Assembly (NCBI RefSeq): GCF_001194135.2
Contig: NC_068986.1
Coordinates: 61,303,055-61,367,054, forward strand
Direction of reading: 5' to 3'
Source of the DNA: Octopus bimaculoides
Taxonomy: Eukaryota
DNA length: 64,000 nt
Made by a program: the position numbers and the translations under genes. How positions within the stretch are numbered: the first letter of the stretch is position 1; the number at the start of each line of letters is the position of its first letter. Positions 60,001 to 64,000 of the stretch are shown here, in pieces. The notes under the pieces were generated by a model. It did no database searches. It saw only the letters and a list, made by a program, of their open reading frames with translations, and was not told where the DNA came from.

Positions 60001-61379
60001 CAGTATTTCATCTATTCAATAAGACATATTCCATATATTCAATAAGACATTCAATACTTTATTTCATAGTACCATCCATTTTTATTTTATATTATATATT
60101 CTATATTATATTATATATTGTATATTCCATATTCTATATCCCACATTGGTTTTGCAGGAATATAAATAAAACATAAAAAACAGACAGTGTTGGAACTCTT
60201 TTAAACAAAATAATATATTCCTCTATACACAATCATACAAAACACCCTTTTTTTGNNNNNNNNNNNNNNNNNNNNNNNNNNNNNNNNNNNNNNNNNNNNN
60301 NNNNNNNNNNNNNNNNNNNNNNNNNNNNNNNNNNNNNNNNNNNNNNNNNNNNNNNNNNNNNNNNNNNNNNNNNNNNNNNNNNNNNNNNNNNNNNNNNNNN
60401 NNNNNNNNNNNNNNNNNNNNNNNNNNNNNNNNNNNNNNNNNNNNNNNNNNNNNNNNNNNNNNNNNNNNNNNNNNNNNNNNNNNNNNNNNNNNNNNNNNNN
60501 NNNNNNNNNNNNNNNNNNNNNNNNNNNNNNNNNNNNNNNNNNNNNNNNNNNNNNNNNNNNNNNNNNNNNNNNNNNNNNNNNNNNNNNNNNNNNNNNNNNN
60601 NNNNNNNNNNNNNNNNNNNNNNNNNNNNNNNNNNNNNNNNNNNNNNNNNNNNNNNNNNNNNNNNNNNNNNNNNNNNNNNNNNNNNNNNNNNNNNNNNNNN
60701 NNNNNNNNNNNNNNNNNNNNNNNNNNNNNNNNNNNNNNNNNNNNNNNNNNNNNNNNNNNNNNNNNNNNNNNNNNNNNNNNTACCCTAGCCTAGTCGTTAC
60801 TACTCCCCAATGTAAGATTCCTCACCATACAGGTCACAGGCACAGCCGTAAGATGCATTATGGATCTATAGCAATTGGAAGGGCATGACCTAACTGAAAC
60901 ATTAACAACTGTGTGACGTGAGGGCTAAGGGGAAATGAAAGTGTCACCTCTGGAGTTTGCAAATGACCACTATACCGATAGGTAACTGGACAGAATAAAT
61001 TTACATTCTATAAATGTCTTTCAATAACCAGTCACTCATCTGGGAAGGCCTTGAAATCAATGTTACCATCAAGGGACTATGTGTGACCCAGTGATAATAA
61101 AAAGACTCAAAGGAGGTCTGCAATTAAATAACTTTACTGAACACTTTGCAACTGAATCAGTGGAGGCAAAGATGCGTCTCATTTACTTGACAATTTAGGC
61201 ACCACATTGCAGAAATCACAATCTAAGTATACCTCAAAGCAAACTCTTACACTGTTGTACCATTGAATCACAAATAACGCTCATCTTTTATGCTCGGGTG
61301 ACTCTACAGCTTCCGAGAGTACAACTGCATTGGTCTTTGCTTAGATAAAATAACTAAATTGTGGGTGTTAAGTCCCCAT

Positions 61380-61994
61380 GAAGGGGTCTTTTTAACTTCT
61401 AAGAAGATGAAATTTTAGAAATATTACGTATTTGAGTGTAATATCTATAGTTAAAATTTCATCAATAGCAAAAATATATGAATTTTCATGGGGGTTATGG
61501 CCCTTATGTATAGAATATAATTTCCAAATTTCATAAAGATTCATTCAGTACTTTTGCCATAGTTTTGGATCATAAAAAAATGACTTAAAATTTGGGAGTT
61601 AAGGCCCCCCCCCCCATTAGAGAGTGTTAGAATCCTCATGAGAAGTGGAAACTTTGAGAATACTTCTTGATGTGTGTCAATTACCCATGGTTGAAATTTC
61701 ATCAACATCAAAAATTTACGAATTTTCATGGAGGTTCTGCCCCCTTTAAGCCATCTCAAATTCAAACTAAACATACTGCATTATACCCGCCCTTATGCAT
61801 TGAATCTAAGTTCCAAATATCATAAGGATTCATTCAGTAATTTTTGTCTATGAAATTGTATGAAGCACACAGCATTACCCTTCTCTCTAGGTTTGGATTT
61901 TGCGTTCCAAATTTCATTAGGATCGGTGCAGTAGTTTTTGAACGTATAAGTAACATACGAACACACATAAAGACATTGACTTTTATATAATAGA
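61380..61994 (-). mobile_element. 5' part of a non-autonomous Helitron-like element with internal repeated modules
   Basis: The minus strand begins A|TCTATTATATAAAAGTC at 61994; AAATTTCAT-containing modules repeat. The 3' end was not located (possibly in the 60256-60780 gap). Confidence 0.6.
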
Positions 61995-62978
61995 TATGAA
62001 TATGCACATATATATGCATGTATGTGTGTGTGTGTCTATTATATATATATATATATATATATNNNNNNNNNNNNNNNNNNNNNNNNNNNNNNNNNNNNNN
62101 NNNNNNNNNNNNNNNNNNNNNNNNNNNNNNNNNNNNNNNNNNNNNNNNNNNNNNNNNNNNNNNNNNNNNNNNNNNNNNNNNNNNNNNNNNNNNNNNNNNN
62201 NNNNNNNNNNNNNNNNNNNNNNNNNNNNNNNNNNNNNNNNNNNNNNNNNNNNNNNNNNNNNNNNNNNNNNNNNNNNNNNNNNNNNNNNNNNNNNNNNNNN
62301 NNNNNNNNNNNNNNNNNNNNNNNNNNNNNNNNNNNNNNNNNNNNNNNNNNNNNNNNNNNNNNNNNNNNNNNNNNNNNNNNNNNNNNNNNNNNNNNNNNNN
62401 NNNNNNNNNNNNNNNNNNNNNNNNNNNNNNNNNNNNNNNNNNNNNNNNNNNNNNNNNNNNNNNNNNNNNNNNNNNNNNNNNNNNNNNNNNNNNNNNNNNN
62501 NNNNNNNNNNNNNNNNNNNNNNNNNNNNNNNNNNNNNNNNNNNNNNNNNNNNNNNNNNNNNNNNNNNNNNNNNNNNNNNNNNNNNNNNNNNNNNNNNNNN
62601 NNNNNNNNNNNNNNNNNNNNNNNNNNNNNNNNNNNNNNNNNNNNNNNNNNNNNNNNNNNNNNNNNNNNNNNNNNNNNNNNNNNNNNNNNNNNNNNNNNNN
62701 NNNNNNNNNNNNNNNNNNNNNNNNNNNNNNNNNNNNNNNNNNNNNNNNNNNNNNNNNNNNNNNNNNNNNNNNNNNNNNNNNNNNNNNNNNNNNNNNNNNN
62801 NNNNNNNNNNNNNNNNNNNNNNNNNNNNNNNNNNNNNNNNNNNNNNNNNNNNNNNNNNNNNNNNNNNNNNNNNNNNNNNNNNNNNNNNNNNNNNNNNNNN
62901 NNNNNNNNNNNNNNNNNNNNNNNNNNNNNNNNNNNNNNNNNNNNNNNNNNNNNNNNNNNNNNNNNNNNNNNNNNNNNN

Positions 62979-63211
62979 CCCAGAAACTCAAGTCCGTACG
63001 TATCGCAGATCAAGATGGGAAGGATGACTTCCCTTTGCAAATACAGACAGGACACAGATGTGTGTCAATAGCCAGCTGGAGGACATGTTCTCCTGGGGCT
63101 AAAAGCAACAGTAACATCCACCCTTAGGGGTCAGCCACATTTAAGTGGCAAATATACTTCACCTTGTCGTGCAGTTACTGTTAATACCTCGTTCAGAGAT
63201 TTAACATTGCT

Positions 63212-63215
<4 letters not shown>
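62979..63215 (+). repeat. unclassified repeat ending in (TA)n
   Basis: Its terminal 38 bp recur inverted at 3430-3466. Confidence 0.55.
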
Positions 63216-63249
<34 letters not shown>

Positions 63250-63329
63250 ATACACACACACACACACACATACAGACAGACTGATAGATACAACTGAGTG
63301 GGCAAACAAAACTATGAGACACTGCCTAG

Positions 63330-63680
63330 TGCGTTTTTTTATTTTGATAAGCCTGGTATTTATTCTATCAGTTTCTTCTTGTCAAACCAGTAAGTTAAGG
63401 GGATGTAAACAAACAAACAGCAGTTGTGAAGCAGTGATGAAGGTGAAACGCAGAGAGAAAGACACACACATACACTTACATATATACATACATATATACA
63501 TACATATATATATATATACAATTGATTTCTTTCAGTTTCTGTCTACAATATCCACTCACAAGGCTTTGGTTGGTCTGAGGCTATAACAGAAAATACATGC
63601 TAAGTCACCAAACAGTGGTACTGAACCCATGACCATATGTTTTAGAACCAAGTTTCTTACCACACAGCCACACCTGCACC
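63330..63680 (-). mobile_element. SINE (family 2) with internal microsatellite
   Basis: Reverse complement of the head GGCTGTGTGGTAAGAA..GGGTTCAGTACC, the core and the 3' part seen at 6562-6945. Confidence 0.8.
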
Positions 63681-64000
63681 TATGTATATGTGTGAGTGTG
63701 TGTGTGTATGTGTGTATGGGCATATATATGTATGCATGTATATATATATGTGTACATATTATATGTACATCTATATATATATACATCTACACATATACAT
63801 ATACATCTATATGTATATATATATTTATATATATACATCTATACATATAGATCTATACATATACAGCTATACATATAGATGTATACATATACATCTATAT
63901 ATATATACTTGTATATATATACATCTATATATATACATGCATATATATATATATACATCTCTATATATACATTTGTGCAGATGTATACATATACATACAT

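Overview
This is repeat-dense eukaryotic DNA from a gapped scaffold (7 N-runs), probably intronic. The SINE/RTE repertoire and microsatellite load suggest a cephalopod such as Octopus (inference). Most of the window is nested, mostly decayed transposable elements: Helitrons, mariner and maT-type Tc1/mariner elements, MITEs, a full-length Gypsy/Mag-like LTR element, several RTE, Tx1/L1-like and R4-like LINEs, tRNA-derived SINEs and a Penelope-like element (PLE). No rRNA, tRNA gene or CRISPR array was found. Two signals stand out. (1) A head-to-head PLE pair (about 45.7-51.6 kb) carries a Ulp1/SENP-like (C48) cysteine-protease domain in frame with the PLE ORF, upstream of the RT, and both arms have TGA at the catalytic Cys position. 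(2) A chain of 7-52 nt candidate micro-exons on the + strand (17.1-58.4 kb) has canonical AG/GT splice signals, sits mostly in repeat-poor islands, and splices into one open frame. Also notable are a perfect 80-bp hairpin derived from an RTE 3' tail, a fold-back mariner made of two left ends, and signs of sequence exchange between neighbouring repeat copies. All calls come from reading the sequence by eye; no database searches were run.
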